Part shown: in pieces, positions 32,414 through 42,096 of the stretch
Layout: every line of letters begins with the position of its first letter
How positions within the stretch are numbered: position 1 is the first letter of the stretch
Source: an uncultured Nitrospiraceae bacterium
GTDB taxonomy: Bacteria; Nitrospirota; Nitrospiria; Nitrospirales; Nitrospiraceae
Length of the DNA stretch: 64,000 bases
Reading direction: 5' to 3'
Assembly: GCA_963846575.1 (NCBI GenBank)
Contig: CAWJWJ010000001.1
Coordinates: 896,001-960,000, forward strand
Made by a program: the position numbers and the translations under genes
Notes under the pieces: generated by a model
What the model saw: only the letters and a program-made list of their open reading frames with translations
Database searches by the model: none
Told to the model about the DNA's origin: nothing

Positions 32414-32540
32414 GGCAATTCCTCCTTGTTGTGGCCTATGCCAACCGTTACCTCTCAGCATAGTCGCAATTACAATGGGAGGCAATTGCGACTATGCCTC
32501 GTTTGCATTTGGCAGGGGGGTCCCGTAGCGTAGCGGGGAT

Positions 32541-33470
32541 ATGAAGACTGACTTCGTCATTACGCCAGGTGAACAGTCCAAGCGTTTGGACGTGTTTCTT
32601 GTTCAGCATGAGCCGAAACTTTCCCGTGCGGCATTGCAACGTATGATTTCGGCGGGGTGGATCCGGGTCAACGACCGGCTGGCCAAGGCGAGTCAGCGTA
32701 TCAGAGCGGGCGACCACATAGTCTTGGATGCTCCACGGGCGGGGCCGCTCAAGATCGACGGACAGGTAAGGCGGCTAGACATCCTATTTGAGGACCAGGC
32801 CTGTCTGGTCTTGAATAAACCCTCGGGAATTGTCGTCCACCCTGCACAGGGCCATTGGTCCAACACGTTGCTCAACGCGCTACTGGACCATTGTGCGCGC
32901 CTGCCTCAGCCGGCTACGCCGGGGCTGGTGCATCGTTTGGATAAGGACACCTCCGGCGTGATGGTTGTCGCCAAGACCGCGGAAGCGCATCGCGCCCTGT
33001 CTGTCCAGTTCGAAGCCCATTCCATTACCCGGCAGTATGAGGCTCTGGTCTCAGGAGTTCCGGATTCACTGGCCGGTCGAATCGAACACCCGATTGGTCC
33101 GGATCGGCAAAACCCGCGACGCACGTCGACGCGGACTGTCCAGCCCAAGGCCGCCGTGACGGCATATGAAGTCAAAGAAACGTTCAACGGGATTGCTGCG
33201 CGGGTGTTGTTGTTTCCGCACACCGGACGCACGCATCAGATACGGACCCATCTTCAGGTGATGGGTCACCCCATACTCGGTGACGGAGCGTATGGAGGGG
33301 CGCGAGTCACGGCGATCGGCGCCCATCTGATTCCCCGAGTCATGCTGCATGCAGGGACATTGGGATTCACCCATCCGATCACTCGCGGATACTGCGAATT
33401 TACCGCCGGCGTTCCTCCCGATTTCGAGGCGGTCCGCTGCATACTCTCTCCGGAAGAGAAACAATCCTGA
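32541..33470 (+). CDS. RluA/RluD-family pseudouridine synthase, paralogue 1
   Basis: S4-like N-terminus (RLDVFL..SR), NKPSGIVVHP, catalytic HRLDKDTSG, TGRTHQIR and HPILGD. Confidence 0.93.
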   Translation: MKTDFVITPGEQSKRLDVFLVQHEPKLSRAALQRMISAGWIRVNDRLAKASQRIRAGDHIVLDAPRAGPLKIDGQVRRLDILFEDQACLVLNKPSGIVVHPAQGHWSNTLLNALLDHCARLPQPATPGLVHRLDKDTSGVMVVAKTAEAHRALSVQFEAHSITRQYEALVSGVPDSLAGRIEHPIGPDRQNPRRTSTRTVQPKAAVTAYEVKETFNGIAARVLLFPHTGRTHQIRTHLQVMGHPILGDGAYGGARVTAIGAHLIPRVMLHAGTLGFTHPITRGYCEFTAGVPPDFEAVRCILSPEEKQS

Positions 33471-33477
33471 CGGCGGC

Positions 33478-33960
33478 TTACAAGGAGAGTCCTGAGATGT
33501 GTCGATCGAGATACTGGCGTTGGATAAGAAAGTAGGGAATGCGTCCGAAGGTCAAATGGCAGCCGACCATATAGCGGCTAGGATTGGTCCCCGCCGGGAG
33601 GGCGGTCATCCAGCGCACCTCGAAGAGGGTGAGGTCACGCTGGCGCACTGCCGGGTTCCGCATCGCTACGAGCTGTCTGTCTTGGGGCTTACGATCCAGG
33701 AGAAGCAGAATGCCATCCGCGCTGAGGTTTAACGAATAGGCTTCGCCGGGAAAGTAGTGTGATTGTTGATCCAGGCCATCGACCAGTTCATAGGCACAGC
33801 GGGTTCTGATAGCGAATCGTGTATCGATACGACGATCGTGTTGGACAACTGGTGGTGGCTCCACGACTAGTCTGTCCACAGCCCTGGAGGGCGATATGGC
33901 TTGCGGCTCCGCGTTGCCGGTCAGCGATCTGAGGATTCTGTGGATAATGTCTGAGGCCAT
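33478..33960 (-). CDS. PilZ-like domain protein (putative c-di-GMP receptor)
   Basis: RxxxR (RIDTR) and NxSxxG (NLSADG) motifs; EVRW..VG C-terminal strands. Confidence 0.6.
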   Translation of the reverse strand: MASDIIHRILRSLTGNAEPQAISPSRAVDRLVVEPPPVVQHDRRIDTRFAIRTRCAYELVDGLDQQSHYFPGEAYSLNLSADGILLLLDRKPQDRQLVAMRNPAVRQRDLTLFEVRWMTALPAGTNPSRYMVGCHLTFGRIPYFLIQRQYLDRHISGLSL

Positions 33961-34341
33961 GTCGTGATCAAAAAATTGAGATTGTACGAAACGAAACCCT
34001 CTAGATAAGAAAGCAATTCGAATGCCTGTACGAAACCGGGAATGGATCTACCTAAGGGTATGATTTTCACGGCGGTGAGATTTTCATAGGGCCCTCGCCA
34101 GATTGCCATGCGCAGAATCGTCGTGTGAAATACGTCGCATGTTTGACGGAAATGAACGGATCGGCCGAGGAGCGTCGGAGCAATAGGATGATTCCCGCTG
34201 CGTGATCATATGTGGATGGCCTGTGGATGACGTGGGGGTGACATGTGCAGATCCCGTTGTGATGCGCAGCAACTTGTTTTTGCGCTGCCCCCTATGGCAG
34301 CTTACACGGATACATGACGACATTTTTTAAGCGATCACCAC

Positions 34342-35340
34342 GTGCATAGAGTGACCACGACGCCGGTCGAGTTTGTGATCACGGCGGGAGAATCGGCGAA
34401 GCGGATCGATCGGTTTCTTGCCAACCGCGACCCCACCTTTTCCCGCTCGGCACTGCAGCGCATGATCGGAGAGGGCTGCATCCAGATTAACGGCCGGACG
34501 GTCCGGCCGAGCCAAAAAATCAAACCGGGCGACCGGATTAGGCTGGAGGTCCCACGCCCTGAACCGCTCGATCTCACACCTGAAGCGATTCCGTTCGAGA
34601 TCCTTCACGAAGATCAAGATCTCCTGGTGCTCGATAAGCCGGCCGGGCTCGTGGTTCATCCCGCGCCCGGTAATTGGTCGGGAACGCTGGTCAATGCATT
34701 GTTGCATCACTTCGCGACTGCCGGCGTCACGCCGTCGCACATCGGAGGCAAGGAACGCCCCGGCCTCGTCCATCGATTGGACAAGGAAACCTCCGGTGTG
34801 ATGGTCATCGCCAAGACGGACCAGGCCCATCGGGCCCTCGCAGCCCAATTTAAGTTGCATACGATCACACGGGTCTACGAAGCCCTGGTGTGGGGCGTGC
34901 CCAAAAAGGGACATGGTCTCATAGAGCTAGCGATAGGACGCGATACGAAGGAACGGAAGAAGTTCTCGCCACGGACGACCAAGCCAAAGGCATCCGCGAC
35001 CGATTATCAGATCGAGCAGCGGTACGGAAAGCTCGCGGCCCGGGTCAAGCTCTCCCCGAGGACTGGACGGACACACCAACTGCGGGTCCATCTGACTTCC
35101 ATCGAGCATCCTATCCTGGGAGACAAGACCTATGGGGGCGGCAAAGTCATGAGCGTCGAGGGAGTGCCGATTCCGCGCGTGATGTTGCACGCGCGCGTAC
35201 TGGGATTCACGCACCCCACCGGGGGAAAGTTCCATGAGTTTGACGTTCCTTGTCCCCCTGATATGCAATTGGTGCAGGAGCTTCTTTCGGGAGCCACCGC
35301 CCGTGAGCGGGGACCGGGACCCGGGCGCGAACGTCAGTGA
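34342..35340 (+). CDS. rluD: RluA/RluD-family pseudouridine synthase, paralogue 2 (RluD-like)
   Basis: S4 domain, DKPAGLVVHPAPGNWSGTLVNALL, RPGLVHRLDKETSG and TGRTHQLRVH. Confidence 0.9.
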   Translation: MHRVTTTPVEFVITAGESAKRIDRFLANRDPTFSRSALQRMIGEGCIQINGRTVRPSQKIKPGDRIRLEVPRPEPLDLTPEAIPFEILHEDQDLLVLDKPAGLVVHPAPGNWSGTLVNALLHHFATAGVTPSHIGGKERPGLVHRLDKETSGVMVIAKTDQAHRALAAQFKLHTITRVYEALVWGVPKKGHGLIELAIGRDTKERKKFSPRTTKPKASATDYQIEQRYGKLAARVKLSPRTGRTHQLRVHLTSIEHPILGDKTYGGGKVMSVEGVPIPRVMLHARVLGFTHPTGGKFHEFDVPCPPDMQLVQELLSGATARERGPGPGRERQ

Positions 35341-35384
35341 TGCAGATGCCGAACGTCAGTGTCGGCGACAGTGAGGAAAAGATT

Positions 35385-35807
35385 ATGGAGACCAATGCCG
35401 TGTTAGACCTGATGGGCGAGTTGCTCGCACAGCTCAAAGGCTATGCCTCCAAGCTGCCGGCGGTCGTCCATCTCGCTTCAGTCCCGAGCGGGATCAAGCC
35501 AAAACCAGAAGCCGTGGAAGTGTTCGAGCAAGCACTGTCACGATTCCGGGAGCAAAGTGCCCGGTCTCGATTCAAAGGTCTACAGGACTATCTCATGGAA
35601 TCTTTGGAAGCGTTTGAAGTCGGCAATGTGCTGGGTACTGTCCAGCCCCTCCTGGCTGTCCTGGACCAGGTGGATCGTATGCAGGGGGATAAGGACATCA
35701 AGATGAGCCCGGCGGAAGCGAAGCGGATGGAAGAGTATCGCGGGGCGCTCATCAAAATCTTGCCCGGCAGTCAACCGGAGTTGGAAGGGGCCGGTCGCGG
35801 GATGTAA
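35385..35807 (+). CDS. Hypothetical alpha-helical protein
   Basis: GAGGA RBS before ATG 35385; natural-looking 140-aa sequence directly after rluD. Confidence 0.6.
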   Translation: METNAVLDLMGELLAQLKGYASKLPAVVHLASVPSGIKPKPEAVEVFEQALSRFREQSARSRFKGLQDYLMESLEAFEVGNVLGTVQPLLAVLDQVDRMQGDKDIKMSPAEAKRMEEYRGALIKILPGSQPELEGAGRGM

Positions 35808-35808
35808 G

Positions 35809-35988
35809 TCAGTGTCCCATTTTAGGACCCGTGGCGTTGGCGCCCGCGGTGACCAGCTGAAAGCGGACCGCCGATCCGCAATGAGGACATTTGGCACGAA
35901 CCGTTTCTTCGTCGATGACCTCATAGTTGTCTTGCTTGAGCCACATCAATTGAAAGCACTTCGGACAGCTTCGCACTTGCGTTCCCAT
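35809..35988 (-). CDS. 59-aa zinc-ribbon microprotein (two CxxC motifs); not in the ORF track
   Basis: Manual translation MGTQVRSCPKCFQLMWLKQDNYEVIDEETVRAKCPHCGSAVRFQLVTAGANATGPKMGH; AAGGGGAAG RBS; fits the intergenic gap without overlap. Confidence 0.8.
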   Translation of the reverse strand: MGTQVRSCPKCFQLMWLKQDNYEVIDEETVRAKCPHCGSAVRFQLVTAGANATGPKMGH

Positions 35989-36054
35989 GGTCTTCCCCTT
36001 ACACTACGGTTTGGCTGACTTTCCCACGATTTGGAGGGATTAATTTAGTACAAG

Positions 36055-36495
36055 ATGCCTCCCGCTCTCAATACCGACGAACAGTCGATCACGTTTTCCG
36101 ACCGCAACGACCTTGACGCTGCACAACTCCTTTCTTTATACCGCCAGGCTCCTTGGGCTAAACATCGGGATCTGGTGCAGACGCAGGCCATGCTGACCAA
36201 GACCGACGTGGTTATCTCGGCCTGGGACGGCCCGCGCCTCGTGGCCTTTGGCCGCGTGTTGACGGATTACGTCTACCGGGCCACGATTTGGGACGTGATC
36301 GTCGATCGCCACTATCAAAAGCGCAAAATAGGGACGGAGATCGTGCGACGGATTCTAAACCATCCCACCCTCCAACAGGTGGAACTATTTTGGTTGTGCA
36401 CGCGTATGCCAGGCTTTTACGAACGGCTGGGATTTAGCGCGAAAGAACAAACCGGCATGGTCTGGGATCGAAAGAAGGCTACGCTTCCCCGCTGA
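36055..36495 (+). CDS. GNAT-family N-acetyltransferase
   Basis: LVAFGRVLTD, IWDVIVDRHYQKRKIG (motif A) and FYERLGF. Confidence 0.88.
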   Translation: MPPALNTDEQSITFSDRNDLDAAQLLSLYRQAPWAKHRDLVQTQAMLTKTDVVISAWDGPRLVAFGRVLTDYVYRATIWDVIVDRHYQKRKIGTEIVRRILNHPTLQQVELFWLCTRMPGFYERLGFSAKEQTGMVWDRKKATLPR

Positions 36496-36648
36496 TAGTG
36501 TCTTCTACCCCTCTCTTCTCCCAACTTCTGCTTGTCACCTGTCAATTCGGAACGATCAGGCTCCTGCGACCCTGGGTCAGGCACGCCTATCCTCCAACCG
36601 AAAGCACCGTCATCCCGTTCGCATCGCGCCTGTCGCACAGTGGTTCTG

Positions 36649-37470
36649 TTACTGCGCCTGAATGCGGTGTAGGCGCTTGGGTGAACAACAGACCGCAAGA
36701 AAGAACAGGCTGGTGGCCAGCAAGACGATGGACGGGCCGGAGGGCAGGTCGAACGCATAGGACAGGAGCACCCCGCTCACCGCACAGAAGATCCCGATCA
36801 GCATGGAGTACAACGTCATCTGGGTCAGGCTGTGGGTGAGTTGATAGGCGGTGGAAGCCGGAATCAGAATCATCGCGAAGACCAGAATCGCTCCCACGGT
36901 CTTGAGTGAAATCACCACGGTGAGCGCCACGAGGGTCAGGAGAAGATAGAAGATCTGCCGCGCGGGGACGCCGGACGCGGCTGCCATTTCCTGGTCGAAC
37001 GCAATGAAATAGAGTTCCTTGGAGAGGAGAAGGATGGTGCCCAGTACCACCACGCTCAATCCTCCGATAGTGAGCAGTTCTTCCGGGGTCACTGACAGCA
37101 CGCTCCCGAATAAGTACCCATACACCTCCGGATTATAACTCTTCATCAGGCCGAGAAAAAGGATAGCCAGCGCCATTGTGGCGGTATAAAGGATACCGAT
37201 GGAGACATCCAGCTTCATGCGGCCCTTTTCTTCGACCCAGCCGGTAATCCATACGGTGGCCAGGCCGAACACGATCGCGAGGCTGAGGGGCGGAAGGCCG
37301 ACCAGATAGGCCAAGGTGACGCCTGCAAACGCAGCATGAGCCGTCCCGGCTCCCGCGAAGGCCAGGCCACGGAGAACGACGAACACTCCGATGACCGAGC
37401 AGACCGCACCCACCAGCGCAGCCGCCAGGAGCGAGCGTTGCATGAAATCGTAAGCAAAGAGTTCTAACAT
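36649..37470 (-). CDS. Zn/Mn ABC transporter permease (ZnuB/MntB family)
   Basis: GVFVVLRG, AHAAFAG, YLFGSVL, FDQEMA and VGAILV..LIP; multiple TM segments. Confidence 0.9.
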   Translation of the reverse strand: MLELFAYDFMQRSLLAAALVGAVCSVIGVFVVLRGLAFAGAGTAHAAFAGVTLAYLVGLPPLSLAIVFGLATVWITGWVEEKGRMKLDVSIGILYTATMALAILFLGLMKSYNPEVYGYLFGSVLSVTPEELLTIGGLSVVVLGTILLLSKELYFIAFDQEMAAASGVPARQIFYLLLTLVALTVVISLKTVGAILVFAMILIPASTAYQLTHSLTQMTLYSMLIGIFCAVSGVLLSYAFDLPSGPSIVLLATSLFFLAVCCSPKRLHRIQAQ

Positions 37471-37573
37471 GGTGTCATTGGCTTAATTGATGTGTGAGTG
37501 AGAATATGGACCGGCGAACAGATCCGCGTATCGGTGGGGCGTCTCAGATCTGGTGCCTCATGCATTCGACTGT

Positions 37574-38353
37574 TCAATGGTGATGGTAATCCTCGACGAT
37601 GACGAAATCGTTGTCTGTGATGACCAGCTCTTTCCCGTAAACCTGGCTCAAAATTTCCGGTTTCAGGACATCTTGCGGAGGTCCGGCGGCGAAGAGTTTC
37701 GTTTTCAGCAGGACCAGTCGATCCACACGCGAGCGAATCATGTTGATGTCATGCGTGATCATCAGAATCGTGAGCCTCAACTCACGATGCAGTTGTTGGA
37801 TCAATTCCACGACGCTGTGTTGTGCGGTGAGGTCCAACCCGGTGGTTGGCTCGTCAAGAAGCAGAATCCTGGGCTGCTGAGCCAGTGCCCGCGCAATGAA
37901 CACGCGTTGCTGTTGTCCGCCGGACAACGCCCCCAATGCAGAGTCCCGGTGGTGATCCATCCCGACCTGGGCGAGCGCCTGACGGGCGATGTCTCCATCC
38001 CTGCGGGATGGCCGTCTGAACAGGCCGAGGGCGCCATACCGTCCCATCATGACCGCTTCCAGAACGGTAACGGGGAAGTTGCGATCGAGCATACCCTTTT
38101 GAGGCAGGTACCCGATCAGCGCACGATGATGGCAACGGAGTTCCTCGCAGGCGCAATCGAGGACACGGAGCGTACCTCGCAGAGGTGCCATCAGGCCGAG
38201 CACAGCCCGACACAAGGTAGTCTTGCCGGAGCCATTGGGACCGATCACGCCGACGAATTCCGACTCCGGAATACTCAACGACAGGTCTTCCAGGGCGATG
38301 ACGCCAGGAAAACCGAAGGTCGCGTGGTCGAAGCGGATAATGGGGTGGGTCAT
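37574..38353 (-). CDS. Zn/Mn ABC transporter ATP-binding protein (ZnuC family)
   Basis: GPNGSGKTT, GYLPQ, LSGGQQQRVFIARAL and LLDEPT; C-terminal HHH. Confidence 0.92.
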   Translation of the reverse strand: MTHPIIRFDHATFGFPGVIALEDLSLSIPESEFVGVIGPNGSGKTTLCRAVLGLMAPLRGTLRVLDCACEELRCHHRALIGYLPQKGMLDRNFPVTVLEAVMMGRYGALGLFRRPSRRDGDIARQALAQVGMDHHRDSALGALSGGQQQRVFIARALAQQPRILLLDEPTTGLDLTAQHSVVELIQQLHRELRLTILMITHDINMIRSRVDRLVLLKTKLFAAGPPQDVLKPEILSQVYGKELVITDNDFVIVEDYHHH

Positions 38354-38409
38354 GCGCAGCGGCGTTCGTTGAAGGTGCTGGTTCGGTCGTTGTTCGGCGG
38401 AGATGTCGG

Positions 38410-39375
38410 TTACGCTCGTTCGAGGGCCTGCGCCAATTGGAGCACATTATAACGGAGCATGTCGAGGTAGGTCTCCGTGCCGGGGAGGCCTCCGGGCAGG
38501 GTGGTTAGAACCACAATGCGGGCGTTGGTTTCCCGCGAGAGTAACTGCGGGACTTTTTGGTTCAGTTGCACCTCCGAGACAATGACGCGGACATGCTCCC
38601 GCTTGATGGTTTCGATCAACGTATGAAGATGGCGGGCTGAGGGTTCTCCCCCGGGCTGCGTCAGAATCGTTCCCGCCACCTGGATGTTGTACCGTCGGGC
38701 AAAATAGGGCCAGGCAGGGTGATGGACGATGACGGTCCGGGTCGGAACCTTTTGGAGCCGCGCCAGAGATTCCTGGTGCGCAAGGGTCAGTGCCTGGAGA
38801 TAGGCCGCCGTATTCTCTCGGTAGGTCTGCGCATGGACAGGATCCGCCCTGGTCATGGCATCGGAGATATGTTGCACCATCGTCGCGGCGGCTTCGGGGT
38901 CCAACCACACATGGGGATTGCCGGTCCCGTGATCATGGTGACCTGCTTGTGTAGCTGAATGAGCCGGACCATCCTGGAGTAGCGTGATCCCGTCGGAGGT
39001 GGTCACCACCTGTAACGTGGCGTTTCCCGCATTCTTGACGAGCGAAGAGACCCAGACTTCTAATCCGGCGCCGACTTCCAGCAGCAGCGTGGCTTTCCGC
39101 ACCGCAACCAGATCGCTGGGTTTGGGAGAATACGTGTGCTCACTCTCATACCCGGTCATGAGCGAGGTCACATGGACATGTGATCCACCGATCTGCTGGG
39201 CCCAGTCTTTGAGGACCGGGATCGTCACCACCACATTGAGTGGCTCGGGCGCCGCAGCTCCCAGGGCGGAGGAGGGGAGGATGCTGTGAAATGGTTCCGC
39301 AGCGAGCGTGAGAAGGGCGAGCAAAAGCAGGCGCAACATCCGGCGGACGGTAACACTCGATATACCCAAAGTCAA
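38410..39375 (-). CDS. Metal ABC transporter substrate-binding protein (ZnuA/TroA-like)
   Basis: Signal peptide; SEHTY, His-rich loop, NPHVWLDP and HHPAWPYF ligand motifs; start uncertain. Confidence 0.9.
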   Translation of the reverse strand: MTLGISSVTVRRMLRLLLLALLTLAAEPFHSILPSSALGAAAPEPLNVVVTIPVLKDWAQQIGGSHVHVTSLMTGYESEHTYSPKPSDLVAVRKATLLLEVGAGLEVWVSSLVKNAGNATLQVVTTSDGITLLQDGPAHSATQAGHHDHGTGNPHVWLDPEAAATMVQHISDAMTRADPVHAQTYRENTAAYLQALTLAHQESLARLQKVPTRTVIVHHPAWPYFARRYNIQVAGTILTQPGGEPSARHLHTLIETIKREHVRVIVSEVQLNQKVPQLLSRETNARIVVLTTLPGGLPGTETYLDMLRYNVLQLAQALERA

Positions 39376-39502
39376 CGCGAGGATTGAGGCAGCAGCACCC
39401 GCCGTCGGCCGTCGGCGCTTGACCGATTACCGAGGTTTCGATTAGCGTAGCGCACCCGGGATAGGACAGCGATCGGTTCCGGCGCAAAGGGGAGAGCACT
39501 GA

Positions 39503-40687
39503 ATGAAGATTGTCGGCTTGATGTCCGGCACATCGGCGGACGCGGTAGACGCGGCGCTCGTCAGCATCGTGCGAGGCAGTCGAACTCCGCGGATTAAGGC
39601 CCTGGCCTTCGCGTCACTGCCGTATCCTCGGTCTCTGCAACAGAGGATTGTGGAGCTCTCGCTCCACGGCGATGTGGCCGAGGTCTGTCACATGAATATG
39701 TATCTGGGCGAACTGTTCGCGAAAGCGGCCCTTCGCGTGATCCGGAAAGCGAACTATCTACCGACCGATATCGAGCTAATCGGGTCTCACGGACAGACGA
39801 TACATCATTTGCCGAAGGGGGTTCGTGAGCCGGGAGTCGGGCTGGTGCGGTCGACATTGCAGATCGGCGAGCCTAGCGTGATTGCCGAGCGAACCGGCAT
39901 TACAACAGTCGCCAACTTCAGGCCGCGCGATATGGCGGCAGGTGGCGAAGGTGCTCCACTGGTTCCCTATGCCCATGCGACTGCATTCGGTCATGCACGG
40001 CGCGGCCGCCTGGTGGTGAACATCGGGGGGATCAGCAATGTGACGTACCTCCCCCCTGGGGGCGGGGTTCGAGACCTTCAGGCCTTTGACACAGGTCCCG
40101 GCAACATGGTGATGGATGCGGTCGTGGGGGAAGCGACCAAGGGTCAGCGTCGCTACGATGCCGGGGGGCGGCTGGCGCTGCGAGGAACCGTCCGGCAGTC
40201 GCTACTGGCTGAACTGATGGCCCATCCGTTTTTGGCGCGACGGCCCCCCAAGTCTACCGGTCGCGAGGAATTCGGAGGACCCTATGTCCGAGCCCTGTTG
40301 GCGAAACAACGTAAAGCAGGTCTCTCTACCGAGGACCTGCTGGCAACCTGCGCTGCCTGGACGGCGGAAGCAATCGGCTCATCGCGACGGTGGGTAACCG
40401 GTGATATCGATGAGGTCATCGTCGGTGGCGGCGGTGTGTACAATCGCGCAGTCATGCGCAGTCTTCGTCAGGTGTTCACACCCGTGCCGGTGTCGACCTT
40501 TGACGACTGTGGATGGAGCAGCAAAGCGTTTGAAGCCACTGCCTTTGCGCTCTTGGCCTTTGATACCTATCAAGGACGTTGCACCAACGTGCCGCAGGTC
40601 ACGGGTGCCCGCCACCCGGTTTGTTTGGGGACGCTGGTGCCGGGTCGCGCCGCCTCTCAGGTGAACTGGCCTCGCGTCGTCGGCTGA
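39503..40687 (+). CDS. anmK: Anhydro-N-acetylmuramic acid kinase
   Basis: GLMSGTSAD, GSHGQT, DMAAGGEGAPLVP, NIGGISN, FDTGPGN and PKSTGRE. Confidence 0.96.
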   Translation: MKIVGLMSGTSADAVDAALVSIVRGSRTPRIKALAFASLPYPRSLQQRIVELSLHGDVAEVCHMNMYLGELFAKAALRVIRKANYLPTDIELIGSHGQTIHHLPKGVREPGVGLVRSTLQIGEPSVIAERTGITTVANFRPRDMAAGGEGAPLVPYAHATAFGHARRGRLVVNIGGISNVTYLPPGGGVRDLQAFDTGPGNMVMDAVVGEATKGQRRYDAGGRLALRGTVRQSLLAELMAHPFLARRPPKSTGREEFGGPYVRALLAKQRKAGLSTEDLLATCAAWTAEAIGSSRRWVTGDIDEVIVGGGGVYNRAVMRSLRQVFTPVPVSTFDDCGWSSKAFEATAFALLAFDTYQGRCTNVPQVTGARHPVCLGTLVPGRAASQVNWPRVVG

Positions 40688-40702
40688 CCTGATCGGCTTG
40701 AT

Positions 40703-41221
40703 ATGGAACTACTCTATCCTATCCTCGGTATCGCCGCGCTGGTCTTTCTGGGCAGCTTAGCCTGGGAAAGTTTTGGGCGAAGGCGTCAGTCGGCTTCCGT
40801 ATCCGACGATCCTTCCGCCGGCATGACGTTCGTCGTGAAACCTGTGCTGACCGACCAGGAAGCGACGCTGTATAACCTGCTGCGGCTGGCTGTTGAGGAT
40901 CGCTACCTGTTGTTTACGCAGATTCCGCTGTGGACGCTGTTGGATGTGCGGCTTCCTTCCGGGACACCCCCTGTCGAGACCTTGCGTGAGCTGGCCTTGA
41001 AACGTGCGACCTTTGTCCTGGTGCATCCCGGCAGCCGGCTGGTTGAAAAAGTGGTGCAAGTAGATCCCCCGGTACCGGATAGTCTGCTTGATGGATCACA
41101 GGACAGGATGTTCGAGTCGGCGTTCCGTGCTGCGGGTGTCCAAATCGTTCGTCTGAGTCCGTTCCACGCCTATACCGTTCCGGGGCTCGTGACCGTGTTG
41201 GATCTGGCCGAGCCGGAGTGA
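40703..41221 (+). CDS. Membrane-anchored DUF2726-like protein
   Basis: N-terminal TM; KPVLTDQEATLYNLLRLAV, LFTQIPL and AGVQIVR pattern. Confidence 0.6.
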   Translation: MELLYPILGIAALVFLGSLAWESFGRRRQSASVSDDPSAGMTFVVKPVLTDQEATLYNLLRLAVEDRYLLFTQIPLWTLLDVRLPSGTPPVETLRELALKRATFVLVHPGSRLVEKVVQVDPPVPDSLLDGSQDRMFESAFRAAGVQIVRLSPFHAYTVPGLVTVLDLAEPE

Positions 41222-41276
41222 TTCCGGACCTCCGCAATGGGACAGCGGCGTTCTTGCGTGAGACCGATGGTGGTGC

Positions 41277-41801
41277 TTAATTAAACGGCTCGGCAGCCAA
41301 GGGTTCGCTTTTGGCGGCGGCAGTTTCCAGAGCCTTGCGGGCCACCTCGGCTTCCACACTGTCGGGATATTGGTCCGTGACGCGTGCGTACATCATCTGG
41401 GCTTTTTCGTGTTCGCCTTGCCTTGTATAAATCTGCCCGATTTTAAGAGTCGAAGCGGCGAGCTTTTGGCTCAATGGATAATAGGAGATGACGTTGTAAA
41501 ACGACCCCAGGGCATCTGTGAAATGCCCCATGCGGTACTGACATTCCCCCATCCAATATTGGGCATTGGCTGAGAGGGCCGACTGGCCGTGCAGTGCTAG
41601 AAAAAACCTGAATCCAGCAAGGGCGGCGTTGTAATCTTTGTGCCGGAACTCCTCCATTACCCGGTCGTATAGACGCCGGGACGCATCAGGCGGCTGAGTG
41701 GCCGCGGCAAACAGATGGGGAACGATCCCGAGATGACCAAGCAATGCGAGTATCACTAGAATCTGTCGTAACAAACCGGAATTGATATGAACCATCGTCA
41801 T
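41277..41801 (-). CDS. Periplasmic TPR protein (CpoB/YbgF C-terminal-like)
   Basis: Signal peptide; ANAQYWMGE, YPLS..AASTLKIG and YPDS TPR motifs; AGGAAAGGA RBS. Confidence 0.8.
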   Translation of the reverse strand: MTMVHINSGLLRQILVILALLGHLGIVPHLFAAATQPPDASRRLYDRVMEEFRHKDYNAALAGFRFFLALHGQSALSANAQYWMGECQYRMGHFTDALGSFYNVISYYPLSQKLAASTLKIGQIYTRQGEHEKAQMMYARVTDQYPDSVEAEVARKALETAAAKSEPLAAEPFN

Positions 41802-42096
41802 GGCTGTCCTTTCCTCAGTGCGTACGAGCCGTCGTCGGAAACGAGCACGCCCATGTCGGTATGAAAGAAATGAACCAGCCAGGCGACGGTTGCAAACTGC
41901 TGAAATGCACGTGCTTTAGACGAAAGCTTGTAGCAGGCATGGACGGAAACCAGGCAGTAGTGTACGGAATCGCCCATCGGGAGATCGGGGGCGAGGCCGC
42001 TTGACAAACCGTCTGTTTTCGCTTGTTACCGGTTCACGTTCAACCTGGCAGGGTAAACGATTGGCCGAGGGAAGGTGACGAGAGGAGTCTGAGCAC

